DNA of 38,682 nt from a phage. Each line of letters opens with the position of its first letter. Position 1 is the stretch's first letter. Below are positions 28,037 through 38,016 of the stretch, piece after piece. The stretch lies in sequence record PQ400058.1; one strand, 5' to 3'. The translations under genes and the position numbers were made by a program. The notes below the pieces were generated by a model. The model was not told the DNA's origin and made no database searches. It saw only the letters and a program-made list of their open reading frames with translations.

Positions 28037-28055
28037 AATAATTTCTCCTATAGAA

Positions 28056-30170
28056 TTAGTGACATACAGCCCAATTAGGACCCATCTTACCTTCGGTATC
28101 CAGAAGGCAACGGAAGTTCCAGTGGTCTCCAACCCAGCGCATTGCTTCTTGTGCTGTCTCAATGACAACCTGAGCAATCTCTTCGGTACGGCAACCTACT
28201 TGTATTTCGTCATGTACCCATGCCATGTACGCAAAGTCCCCATCCCAGCCGTGCTTCAAGCCTTTCGCTACGAGCATCTCTTCGGTCTTGATAATCCAAA
28301 GTTTGCAGATGAGAGCACCAGCAGATTGCAGTAGGGTATTCAGGGCAGCGTGAGGACTACGAACGTGTACCTTACGACCATCCAGACCTTTAATCCAGCG
28401 GCGTTTCCACTTGACTTGTTGCTCACCAGCTACCCACTGAGAGGACTCGACAAGTGTCTGTTGGATAGACTCGCGGAGTGCTGCAATCGCAGGGGTGTTC
28501 TCAAGGAATTTCTTCTTGAGTTCCTTACCGCGCTCTTTACCAGCACCAACAATCTGTCCAATCTTCTCATCACCAGCACCATAAAGGAACCCATAGATGA
28601 ACGTCTTGGCGTTATCGCGGGTAGGCAATTCGGCAGCCATCTGGTTCTTAGTATGGATGTCACCGTTAAGAATCTCGTGGGCGTACTCACCGTTATCAAA
28701 GCGAGCCATAAAGTGGGCTAAGCAGCGTAGCTCCAGACCGGATGCGTCGATGCCAGCCTGAACCCAAGGCTTACCAGTTAATCCATCCAAATGATGCTCA
28801 GCGCCAAAAGCAGCACGACACTGCTCCCCATAAGGAGAACGGACACCGGGTACCTGTGCTAGGTTAGGGAAAGCGTGAGTAGCGCGCCCAGTAACAGCGC
28901 CGTTGGGATTAACAGAACCATGAATCTTACCGTCCTCAGCAACGTAACGAAGCCATGCCTTGTCTCCCTCAGCAGCCTGTCCTATTCGCTTCTGAATCAT
29001 CAAGTATTCTTTAATGAGGTCGATGGCAGCTTGCTTCTCAGGGTCATCTACACGTACTCCTTCGAGTACCTCATCGTCCACCACAGGTGCACCCTTATCG
29101 GTGTGCTTGGTCGGGACCCATCCAGCCTCTTGGAGTTTCTTCTGAATGTGGTCACGAGACGATGGGTTAAACACCACGTGCTCAACTGGGGTGTAAGGAG
29201 CACCAGCAACGTACTCTCGGGTATCCAGTTCGCAAGGCTCACGGCCTTCTCGCTGTGCCTTGTTCTTAGGCTTCTTAAAGATACCACCAACTTTAGGTGT
29301 CTTAATGCGAGGGTATTTAGGCAGTGGCTTGCCGGTCCTCGGATGGCAGAACATTTCGGTGCCACCTTTAGGTTGATACCATGAGCCGAACGTTTCTGTC
29401 AGCTTACGGAGCAACTCAGAGCGACGGGCAGCTAACTCTACGTACAACTCCTCGATTGCCTTAGCGTCAAATGGGAAACCATTACGCTCCTGTTTAGCCA
29501 ACAACCAAGCTGCTCTATGTTCAACATCAACAGCTTCGATAGAGTCTTTCCAAAAGATTATAGCATCATAATTAACGTGCTCTAAACCTAAAGGGAAATA
29601 GTGTTTGTCAGAGAGTAGCTTCTCAAGGAGAGCCTTAGTGACCACAACGTCCTGAACGTTATAGGCCATCATCTCTTCGTTGAAGTTCCACCACTCCATT
29701 CCGTCAACGTATTCTTCACCCTGCTCTTCAAGCATACGCTTAAAGTCATCCTTGTATTCACCTTTCATTTCACCTAAGCGATAACCCCACGCCTCCAGAG
29801 CGTGAGACCCAAAGCGTTTCCCCGGCAACTTACCTGAACGCAGAAGACCCATATCGGTGTCTTTCAGGTTGGAATGAATCAAGCGTGACAGCACAAGGGT
29901 GTCAATACAGTTCTCACGAGGAAGGTGGAACTCTCGGTTCAATTGTAACTTTGCCAGTTTGGTCAATGCAGGAACGTCATACTTGTGACCGTTGTGGAAC
30001 ACAATAAGACCGCCTCGTGCAACCTCGGCTTCCAGCGCATCCAGATACGCACCGAAGTCACTCGGACGGTAGCTTACGTACTCAGCGGTGGAGTAGTCGT
30101 AGATAACCCCGCAGTGGAACTTAGTGACGCTCTCTAAGAGGGCGTTAGCTTCGATGTCAGAAACGATCAT
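28056..30170 (-). CDS. 5: DNA polymerase gp5
   Basis: Track ORF 704 aa MIVSDIEANALLESVTKFHCGVIYDYSTAEYVSYRPSDF... Confidence 0.95.
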   Translation of the reverse strand: MIVSDIEANALLESVTKFHCGVIYDYSTAEYVSYRPSDFGAYLDALEAEVARGGLIVFHNGHKYDVPALTKLAKLQLNREFHLPRENCIDTLVLSRLIHSNLKDTDMGLLRSGKLPGKRFGSHALEAWGYRLGEMKGEYKDDFKRMLEEQGEEYVDGMEWWNFNEEMMAYNVQDVVVTKALLEKLLSDKHYFPLGLEHVNYDAIIFWKDSIEAVDVEHRAAWLLAKQERNGFPFDAKAIEELYVELAARRSELLRKLTETFGSWYQPKGGTEMFCHPRTGKPLPKYPRIKTPKVGGIFKKPKNKAQREGREPCELDTREYVAGAPYTPVEHVVFNPSSRDHIQKKLQEAGWVPTKHTDKGAPVVDDEVLEGVRVDDPEKQAAIDLIKEYLMIQKRIGQAAEGDKAWLRYVAEDGKIHGSVNPNGAVTGRATHAFPNLAQVPGVRSPYGEQCRAAFGAEHHLDGLTGKPWVQAGIDASGLELRCLAHFMARFDNGEYAHEILNGDIHTKNQMAAELPTRDNAKTFIYGFLYGAGDEKIGQIVGAGKERGKELKKKFLENTPAIAALRESIQQTLVESSQWVAGEQQVKWKRRWIKGLDGRKVHVRSPHAALNTLLQSAGALICKLWIIKTEEMLVAKGLKHGWDGDFAYMAWVHDEIQVGCRTEEIAQVVIETAQEAMRWVGDHWNFRCLLDTEGKMGPNWAVCH

Positions 30171-30188
30171 ATTGATTTCTCCTGTTGA

Positions 30189-30596
30189 TTATTGTAACTT
30201 AACAATCTCTGCATATGAGACAACTGTCAAGAAACCTGTGTGAATCATATCGGTCTTATAGGCAACGATTGCACCTTGCGGGTTAACACCGTTGATGTAT
30301 GACACTTGTGCAAATTTGCCACTCACTGAGCGTACATAGCCATAGCCACCACAGACTCCAGTGTCAACCTTGACCCAATCTCCAGCCTTGATGTGGGTCA
30401 TAGTGTCCTTATCGAACACCTTATGACTCAGCTTGGTAACTTCTGGTTTCTTCCAGCCAGTCTGTCTTGTCCAAGTCCAGCCTAAGTTCTTCAAGATATG
30501 AACAGCGGAGCGAGTCTTAGCTTCATGGTACTTAACGTCCTCAAGTTCAGCTTCCAGCTTAGCGATTTCTGCTTGGATAACTTTAGGGTCACGCAT
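30189..30596 (-). CDS. 4.7: gp4.7
   Basis: ATG 30596 just downstream of phi4.7; MRDPKVIQAEIAKLEAELEDVKYHEAK..., 135 aa. Confidence 0.85.
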   Translation of the reverse strand: MRDPKVIQAEIAKLEAELEDVKYHEAKTRSAVHILKNLGWTWTRQTGWKKPEVTKLSHKVFDKDTMTHIKAGDWVKVDTGVCGGYGYVRSVSGKFAQVSYINGVNPQGAIVAYKTDMIHTGFLTVVSYAEIVKLQ

Positions 30597-30602
30597 GATA
30601 AT

Positions 30603-30625
30603 ATCTCCTATAGTGAGTCGAATAG
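30603..30625 (-). promoter_or_regulatory. T7 RNAP promoter phi4.7
   Basis: Minus strand CTATTCGACTCACTATAGGAGAT. Confidence 0.85.
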
Positions 30626-30669
30626 TATTCATGAAGGCCACCACTTTGGCGACCTTGGGTATACCACTC
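30626..30669 (-). promoter_or_regulatory. RNase III-type site (R4.7-like)
   Basis: TCATGAAGGCCACCACTTTGGCGACCTTGGG element between gene 4.5 and phi4.7. Confidence 0.4.
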
Positions 30670-30939
30670 TTAGCTATCAATCTTGTCGAGGATAACCATA
30701 GCTTCATCTACGCGACCAGCTTCATGGATTGCTGTCACGGCAGCTTTGGTAAGCGCATTGACCAGACGCAGTGCTTGCTCATCTGTCAACGTCATACGCT
30801 GAGTGTGATTCTTAGAGGACTTAGAGTCCTTCCAGCGGTAAACCATAGTCGCCTTACCGTTGCGAACGTTGATGTGGACTCGACGGTTCCACTGGTCAGC
30901 GGTATCGGATAGACGGATAGTTTCAGCTACGTTTGACAT
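30670..30939 (-). CDS. 4.5: gp4.5
   Basis: Track ORF 89 aa MSNVAETIRLSDTADQWNRRVHINVRNGK... Confidence 0.88.
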   Translation of the reverse strand: MSNVAETIRLSDTADQWNRRVHINVRNGKATMVYRWKDSKSSKNHTQRMTLTDEQALRLVNALTKAAVTAIHEAGRVDEAMVILDKIDS

Positions 30940-30959
30940 AATGGGTTTCTCCTGTTTGA

Positions 30960-31172
30960 TTACTCAAATAATTTGGAAAGCTGTTGAGCTTGGTTTGCTA
31001 CGCGGGCAGCTTCTGTAACTTTATTGGATGCACTGTCAGCCAGTTCGTTGGAGCGAATCGCTAGTGCGCGTGACTGTGTGGCCTCTTTACGAGCCTCATC
31101 GTTCAGCCGCTTGGCTTCCACGTTATACATACGAACCAGTAGTTGGCCTAATTTCTTAATCAGTTTGAACAT
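30960..31172 (-). CDS. 4.3: gp4.3
   Basis: Track ORF 70 aa MFKLIKKLGQLLVRMYNVEAKRLNDEARKE... Confidence 0.88.
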   Translation of the reverse strand: MFKLIKKLGQLLVRMYNVEAKRLNDEARKEATQSRALAIRSNELADSASNKVTEAARVANQAQQLSKLFE

Positions 31173-31176
31173 GGGT

Positions 31177-31199
31177 GTCTCCTTTAGTGAGTCGTATTG
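31177..31199 (-). promoter_or_regulatory. T7 RNAP promoter phi4.3
   Basis: Minus strand CAATACGACTCACTAAAGGAGAC. Confidence 0.85.
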
Positions 31200-31217
31200 A
31201 AATCGTCAAGAATCCTG

Positions 31218-32924
<1,707 letters not shown>

Positions 32925-32986
32925 TCAAGTTAGACATGGCCTCTATAGCTTCCTCCTTGTGTTGAAAGAAAGGGAAACCGTTGTGG

Positions 32987-33009
32987 TCTCCCTTTAGTGA
33001 GTTCAATTA
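32987..33009 (-). promoter_or_regulatory. T7 RNAP promoter phi3.8-like, here driving gene 4 directly
   Basis: Minus strand TAATTGAACTCACTAAAGGGAGA followed by the CCACAACGGTTTCCC leader hairpin. Confidence 0.85.
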
Positions 33010-33010
33010 A

Positions 33011-33466
33011 TTATCCACGGTCAGAAGTGACCAGTTCGTTCTTCTCCCACCAACGCTTAAGGTCGAACGATGGGCAAGCCTTAGGTGCCACATCGTGATG
33101 TGCGCGAAGAACAGCGCCTTCGTACTTAGCCAGAAGTGTGACAAGCAGTGAGCGGAGGGATTGCATTTGGGCTGGCGTAAAGTTAGCGTCGAACTTGCCT
33201 TTATCGTCGATACCGCCTACAAGGCAGACACCAATAGAGTTGTGGTTGTAACCCTTAGCGTGAGAGCCTACAGCCATCTCATCTCGGCCTTCCTCCACAG
33301 TACCATCGCGCTTGATGATAAAGTGATATCCCACATCGAGCCAACCTTGCTCTTTGTGCCACTGGCGAATCTCACGGACACCAACATTCTGACTCGGCTT
33401 GGTAGCAGAGCAGTGAACAAAGATTGCGTCGGTAGATTCACGTTGTTTAAACTGTACACGAGCCAT
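33011..33466 (-). CDS. 3.5: Lysozyme / N-acetylmuramoyl-L-alanine amidase gp3.5
   Basis: Track ORF 151 aa MARVQFKQRESTDAIFVHCSATKPSQNVGVREIRQWHK... Confidence 0.95.
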   Translation of the reverse strand: MARVQFKQRESTDAIFVHCSATKPSQNVGVREIRQWHKEQGWLDVGYHFIIKRDGTVEEGRDEMAVGSHAKGYNHNSIGVCLVGGIDDKGKFDANFTPAQMQSLRSLLVTLLAKYEGAVLRAHHDVAPKACPSFDLKRWWEKNELVTSDRG

Positions 33467-33921
33467 TATTTCTTTCCTCCCTTCGATTGTTTCAGCTTGT
33501 CAAATGGCACCTCCTTTTTGGGTTCTTTGAGCCATTCTACAGGAATTAATTTGTCAGCAAACAGAATACCATGCTTCTCACACCATTCACCGTAACTGGT
33601 CGGAGACCCTTTGTACAGCTTGGTGCGCGAGCTTGAGAACACCAGTCGGATGTCCAGTTCAGGAAACTGTTCGCGAATCAATAAGTGTTTCTTTCGGTCG
33701 TCACTCTCCCATAAACCTTTGGTTTCAATAAAGATTCCGTTAGGCAGCAGGAAGTCTGGAGTATACACATGGTTGCTCGCAGGGACAACGTAAGGGATTT
33801 TCCACAGTTCATAGTCGAACTTAATTCCCTTACCCTCTAGCTGCTTAGAGACCTTATCTTCTAGGCCGGAACGGAATGTCCCGACCTTTCTGATACCACG
33901 CGCAGCGTATGCGCCAGCCAC
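33466..33921 (-). CDS. 3: Endonuclease I gp3 (Holliday-junction resolvase)
   Basis: Track ORF 151 aa (M)AGAYAARGIRKVGTFRSGLEDKVSK...; GTG start directly after the gp2.5 stop (TAAGTG). Confidence 0.88.
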   Translation of the reverse strand: MAGAYAARGIRKVGTFRSGLEDKVSKQLEGKGIKFDYELWKIPYVVPASNHVYTPDFLLPNGIFIETKGLWESDDRKKHLLIREQFPELDIRLVFSSSRTKLYKGSPTSYGEWCEKHGILFADKLIPVEWLKEPKKEVPFDKLKQSKGGKK

Positions 33922-34620
33922 TTAGAAGTCTCCGTCTGAGTCTTCTTCGTAAGAGCCTTCGTCGTCTTCGTCCCAGCTTTCTTCGTCGCGTGGTTTGCTC
34001 GCTTTGGCAGAACCAGAGGCAACATAGCCGTTCTCTTCAACTTCGTCAGCCCAATCGTCTTCACCACCACCAAAGGTAGCCAGTTCGACCAGCATTACGG
34101 ATTCCAGTTGCAGCTTAACGCTCGCACCTACAGCAGTGTTCCACTTGTACGGAACCAGAGAGTATTTGACTTTCAGTTTAGAGCCACCACCGATAATCGG
34201 AACGTCTTCCATCTTCTTACCTTTGGAGTCAACCACAACAAGATTGATGTGCTTGGTCTCTTTGGTCTTCTTGTCTTGGAAAGACGCGTAGCATTTGAAC
34301 TTAAAGGTAGTCGTACCGTCACCGTTATCGAAGAACGGCATGTCACCTTCATACGGTTTCAGCGGTTTCTTACCACGAGCTACCGCAGGCGGGTTCGCTT
34401 CGTATTCCTCAACGGCAGCAGCATAAGCCTCTTCGTGACACTTCACGATTTCATCGACCATGCGTTGGCAGCGCGGGTCTTTGTTGGGAATAGTCAGGTC
34501 AACTTTGTAGACACCGCGAGGGTTCCCAAAGCCACGCTCTTCGTTACCGTAGTCAGGCTTAGAGATGTAAGCGTAAGGTTCAGCAGTGCCCAGCGCAGAG
34601 GTGAAAATCTTCTTAGCCAT
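33922..34620 (-). CDS. 2.5: Single-stranded DNA-binding protein gp2.5
   Basis: ATG 34620 (MAKKIFTSALGTAEPYAYISKPDYGNEERGF...), acidic C-terminal tail ...EEDSDGDF; 232 aa. Confidence 0.93.
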   Translation of the reverse strand: MAKKIFTSALGTAEPYAYISKPDYGNEERGFGNPRGVYKVDLTIPNKDPRCQRMVDEIVKCHEEAYAAAVEEYEANPPAVARGKKPLKPYEGDMPFFDNGDGTTTFKFKCYASFQDKKTKETKHINLVVVDSKGKKMEDVPIIGGGSKLKVKYSLVPYKWNTAVGASVKLQLESVMLVELATFGGGEDDWADEVEENGYVASGSAKASKPRDEESWDEDDEGSYEEDSDGDF

Positions 34621-34665
34621 AATATTAATCTCCTTTAGGTTTCGTTTGTTTCTCAAAGGGAGTCT

Positions 34666-34685
34666 TCTCCCAATAGTGAGTCGTA

Positions 34686-34688
<3 letters not shown>
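34666..34688 (-). promoter_or_regulatory. T7 RNAP promoter phi2.5
   Basis: Minus strand TAATACGACTCACTATTGGGAGA; overlaps the gene 2 stop. Confidence 0.85.
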
Positions 34689-34993
<305 letters not shown>

Positions 34994-35004
<11 letters not shown>

Positions 35005-35533
35005 AGCACTTATCCTTATGTTTCTCATACAGTTCACCATAGAATCCAGCTTTCGCCATGTCTTTCTCTAAGTAAGCCAGTTCTGACTTCTTACCAGCGC
35101 GTAGGCGGTACTTAAGGATGTTCCCTAAGCAATATCCTTTGAACTGCTCACGAGTCATTGAACGGGCAATCACTTCGATAGCCTCAATGTCGTCGAACAG
35201 CATGTAATGGGAAGGCTTAGTGACACCTTCAATTGACTCAGCGGAAGGCTGGTCATCTGTCGGAGTTACCTCAAGTTTATTCAGATGAGGCTTACGCGGG
35301 TCCATCGCTCGGATTTCACCTAAGGTTATCTTTTGATCATTGTTTGCGGGGCAGAGGTGGCAAGGGACATTTGAGCAGAGCATCCCGCAGCCATTCAAAT
35401 CATCCGGGCGACCATCGTTATTGTCTACCAACTTCATGATCATCTCTTGTTCACGTTCGGTCATACTGTTAGCTCCTTTATTACAGGTGTGTGGATAACG
35501 GTCGTCTTTCTCTAAGCAAGCTATGCATCCCAT
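34994..35533 (-). CDS. 1.7: gp1.7 nucleotide kinase
   Basis: Track ORF 179 aa [31 protein letters not shown]...; GGAGG RBS; the N-terminal extension I recall for T7 gp1.7 is not present. Confidence 0.85.
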
Positions 35534-35793
35534 CAGAACACCTCCTTGATACGTTTGAGTAACAGACGGACGAACGGGAAGCGGGTCACTGCCACACTAA
35601 GAACCGGACGTTTCTTGTCTATTGCTTTCTCAAAGTCACCACGGGTGATAATGATGTGGACGCTCGGTGCCAGAGGAACTGTGTTACCAATGAGAGGTAA
35701 CTTAGCTCGGCGCTCGCTCGCACATACGATTGAACGGTCAGCACGGCGAACCGTGAAATTCTCAAGACTTTTGTTGTAATGAAGTCGAAACAT
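35533..35793 (-). CDS. 1.6: gp1.6
   Basis: Track ORF 86 aa [36 protein letters not shown]... Confidence 0.88.
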   Translation of the reverse strand: MFRLHYNKSLENFTVRRADRSIVCASERRAKLPLIGNTVPLAPSVHIIITRGDFEKAIDKKRPVLSVAVTRFPFVRLLLKRIKEVF

Positions 35794-35798
35794 ATGGT

Positions 35799-35821
35799 GT
35801 CTCCTTTAGTGAGTCGTATTA
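35799..35821 (-). promoter_or_regulatory. T7 RNAP promoter phi1.6
   Basis: Minus strand TAATACGACTCACTAAAGGAGAC; overlaps the gene 1.5 stop. Confidence 0.85.
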
Positions 35822-35908
35822 GGCGTGACCATCTGGCATATCGTCATCACTACAGTGGAGCGAAAGGCATCCTATGATGACAATGAGTAATGGCATTAAG
35901 TACATCAT
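35819..35908 (-). CDS. 1.5: gp1.5, 29 aa
   Basis: Hand translation MMYLMPLLIVIIGCLSLHCSDDDMPDGHA; ATG 35908 with AGGAGG 8 nt upstream. Confidence 0.7.
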   Translation of the reverse strand: MMYLMPLLIVIIGCLSLHCSDDDMPDGHA

Positions 35909-35915
35909 GATGTGT

Positions 35916-35938
35916 ACCTCCTTTAGTGAGTCGTATTA
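35916..35938 (-). promoter_or_regulatory. T7 RNAP promoter phi1.5
   Basis: Minus strand TAATACGACTCACTAAAGGAGGT. Confidence 0.85.
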
Positions 35939-35940
35939 AA

Positions 35941-35972
35941 CGCAGAAAAGCCCACCCTAAGGTGAGCCAGTG
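35941..35972 (-). terminator. Early terminator TE-like hairpin after the ligase gene
   Basis: Minus-strand RNA GGCUCACC-UUAG-GGUGGGCU followed by UUUCUG; position as T7 TE. Confidence 0.5.
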
Positions 35973-35975
35973 TGT

Positions 35976-36995
35976 TTACATCTTCTCTTGAGGGTTGTCC
36001 TCGGTGCCACGGAAGCAGGTGAAGGAGGGGTGTCTGAGACTCCCATCGTTAGTTACCTCCATAAATCCAATCTGGCAAGCCCAGCCATTATAGTAGTCCT
36101 CGCCATGTTCTTTAACGTTAGCTGTAAATTCATCCATTAAGGCGCGAGAGATGTTATTGGCATCGACAAGACGACCAGTCTCAAGAAGCACCTTGAATCC
36201 AATTACCTTACCTTCGTTAGCAAGTCCTTCTGTTCCCCAGTTTACACCATTAATGATTCCGTCAGCTTCCTCAAGAGGCTTAAGTTTCCACCAGCCGGAC
36301 TTCTTACCGCGCTTGTAGATGCACATCGGGTCTTTCACAATGAGACCCTCATGTCCTTCTTCACGCTTCTTCTCGTACAGTTGCTGTAGTTCTACCATAT
36401 CGTAGACCTCGTAAGACTCAGCCGCTTGCCATTCGATTTCAGGGAAGTATTCCTGTAGCAGAGGCAGCATGTTCTTAACGTGTTCCTGCATGAGCAACGT
36501 CATGACATCACAGTCTTCCCCAGACTCCACGATGTGCAGAGGGAGGATAGCGTACAGTCGGACACTCAGATGTTTGGTATCCAACGCGAACTCAACCTTG
36601 GACCCCTTGAGTGGTGGTACACCGCCAACGTCGAACTCAAAGTTATTCTTGTTGAGCCACTTGGTACGCAGTAGGCCGGACCCTGTGTTAAAGTCTACGC
36701 CCTTGACCATTAGTTCCCCATCGAGCATAAAGCCATCCTTGTAGAAACAACGGTCATCGTTAAGCAGACGCTTCCAGCGAACATCAAACCCGTTTAAGTG
36801 CTCCAGTGCCGGAATCGTTTTAGATACACGAGAGAGCCAGCAACTGTTAGCTGTATTGTCTACGCAGATGTTACCGCGCACACCATCGTACTTAATGTCA
36901 GCGATAAGATACCCAGCGTTATCCAGAGCTTTCTTAATGGCAGACTCTACGAAAGATACTGCCTTGTATGGTGAAGTCTTAAAGTTAATAATCAT
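35976..36995 (-). CDS. 1.3: ATP-dependent DNA ligase gp1.3
   Basis: Track ORF 339 aa MIINFKTSPYKAVSFVESAIKKALDNAGYLIADIKYDGVRGN... (KYDGVR ligase motif I). Confidence 0.93.
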   Translation of the reverse strand: MIINFKTSPYKAVSFVESAIKKALDNAGYLIADIKYDGVRGNICVDNTANSCWLSRVSKTIPALEHLNGFDVRWKRLLNDDRCFYKDGFMLDGELMVKGVDFNTGSGLLRTKWLNKNNFEFDVGGVPPLKGSKVEFALDTKHLSVRLYAILPLHIVESGEDCDVMTLLMQEHVKNMLPLLQEYFPEIEWQAAESYEVYDMVELQQLYEKKREEGHEGLIVKDPMCIYKRGKKSGWWKLKPLEEADGIINGVNWGTEGLANEGKVIGFKVLLETGRLVDANNISRALMDEFTANVKEHGEDYYNGWACQIGFMEVTNDGSLRHPSFTCFRGTEDNPQEKM

Positions 36996-37405
36996 ATGTA
37001 TTTCCTCAGTTTGCCATTTCGTATGTAGTGTATTGTTGAAGCAGCCACATTAAGTGCCCTTGCTAGCTCCCTGCCGGAGCGAGGGTCCGTCCGTATCATA
37101 TCGACCTGCTCATTAGTTATCTTTCTAGCACCACGGCCTTTGATAGCCATGTCTCTAAGGTTGTCTGCCTGTGTGCCCTTGGTTAGATGTGCAGGATTTA
37201 CACACCACCTATTGTCACAGGAGTGTAGGACTATATCGCTCTTATTCAACTCACCGTTGAACAGAATGTACGAAGCCCTATGGGCATATATAGGCTTACC
37301 ATGCAGGCGGAACCGTCCGTAACCATTGGGCTGGATACTACCAATCCAACGCAAACAGTCACCACATGGTTCGGTCTTATTGTTGAATCGTTCTATGTCG
37401 TTCAT
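36992..37405 (-). CDS. HNH-family (homing-type) endonuclease, 137 aa; not at this locus in T7
   Basis: Track ORF MNDIERFNNKTEPCGDCLRW...HGKPIYAHRASYILFNGELNKSDIVLHSCDNRWCVNPAHL...; HNH motif; ATG 5 nt after phi1.3; stop overlaps ligase ATG (ATGA). Confidence 0.85.
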   Translation of the reverse strand: MNDIERFNNKTEPCGDCLRWIGSIQPNGYGRFRLHGKPIYAHRASYILFNGELNKSDIVLHSCDNRWCVNPAHLTKGTQADNLRDMAIKGRGARKITNEQVDMIRTDPRSGRELARALNVAASTIHYIRNGKLRKYI

Positions 37406-37409
37406 TGGT

Positions 37410-37432
37410 TTACCCTATACTGAGTCGTATTA
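37410..37432 (-). promoter_or_regulatory. T7 RNAP promoter phi1.3
   Basis: Minus strand TAATACGACTCAGTATAGGGTAA; overlaps the gene 1.2 stop. Confidence 0.85.
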
Positions 37433-37702
37433 CTTCCAGTGCTTCATATCACTGTGAACCTTACGGAGCCATTCCGTCTGTGCATTACAGCGAACGTCTT
37501 CGTCTGACTGTTCGAAACACTTAGCGGTCAGCATTAAGCCATCCCGTAAGACCACTCTAAGTGTCTCTCCGGCGACCATCCGTCGCTGTGTAAAATCCTC
37601 ATAGCGATAAGCCTCAACTACCACATTTGCATCGTGGTCTTCTTTAAGTCGTTCGATAGCATCTTTGTATGCTGCTAGATTTCCGCTGTATAAACGTCCC
37701 AT
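37430..37702 (-). CDS. 1.2: gp1.2-like protein (host dGTPase inhibitor in T7), 90 aa
   Basis: ATG 37702 one nt after the 1.1 stop; MGRLYSGNLAAYKDAIERLKEDHD...KHWK; N-terminus and position as T7 gp1.2. Confidence 0.75.
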   Translation of the reverse strand: MGRLYSGNLAAYKDAIERLKEDHDANVVVEAYRYEDFTQRRMVAGETLRVVLRDGLMLTAKCFEQSDEDVRCNAQTEWLRKVHSDMKHWK

Positions 37703-37703
37703 C

Positions 37704-37832
37704 TTATTTACCCTCCCAGCAGCGTTTATGCACACGGGTGCGTAATGGTTTATTAAACTTGCGGCCCTTAGTTGCCTCGAAGTCATTAGCGTTACGGTTA
37801 GAACGTTTGGCAATCTTTTCGAAGTTACGCAT
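37704..37832 (-). CDS. 1.1: gp1.1, 42 aa basic protein
   Basis: Hand translation MRNFEKIAKRSNRNANDFEATKGRKFNKPLRTRVHKRCWEGK; ATG 37832 with GAGAGGA RBS. Confidence 0.8.
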   Translation of the reverse strand: MRNFEKIAKRSNRNANDFEATKGRKFNKPLRTRVHKRCWEGK

Positions 37833-37910
37833 ACTTAAAGTCCTCTCTTAGTAATTCTTTAATTTAAATCTCTAATTAACACTTAAGGGTCTTAAAGTTA
37901 AACCTTAAGG

Positions 37911-37933
37911 TTCTCCTATAGTGAGTCGTATTA
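37911..37933 (-). promoter_or_regulatory. T7 RNAP promoter phi1.1B
   Basis: Minus strand TAATACGACTCACTATAGGAGAA. Confidence 0.85.
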
Positions 37934-37985
37934 ACCGGAAGAAGGTCAATCATAAAGGCCACTCTTGCGAATGACCTTGAGTTTG
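37934..37985 (-). promoter_or_regulatory. RNase III-type site (R1.1-like) between phi1.1A and phi1.1B
   Basis: GGTCAATCATAAAGGCCACTCTTGCGAATGACCTTGAG element. Confidence 0.45.
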
Positions 37986-38008
37986 TCCCTCTATAGTGAG
38001 TCGTATTA
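37986..38008 (-). promoter_or_regulatory. T7 RNAP promoter phi1.1A
   Basis: Minus strand TAATACGACTCACTATAGAGGGA. Confidence 0.85.
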
Positions 38009-38016
38009 ATTTGACG

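Larger units (their letters stand above)
37833..38008 (-). other. Probable primary replication origin region (phi1.1A/phi1.1B promoters plus AT-rich stretch)
   Basis: AT-rich 37840..37910 downstream of two tandem T7 promoters; by synteny with the T7 primary origin. Confidence 0.45.

Noticed and set aside
33861-34073. 70-aa minus-strand ORF spanning the gp2.5/gp3 junction in another frame
   Set aside because: Overlaps two well-supported genes, lacks an RBS and is lysine/threonine-rich as expected from frame-shifted coding sequence; not a gene 2.8 remnant by any feature I can see
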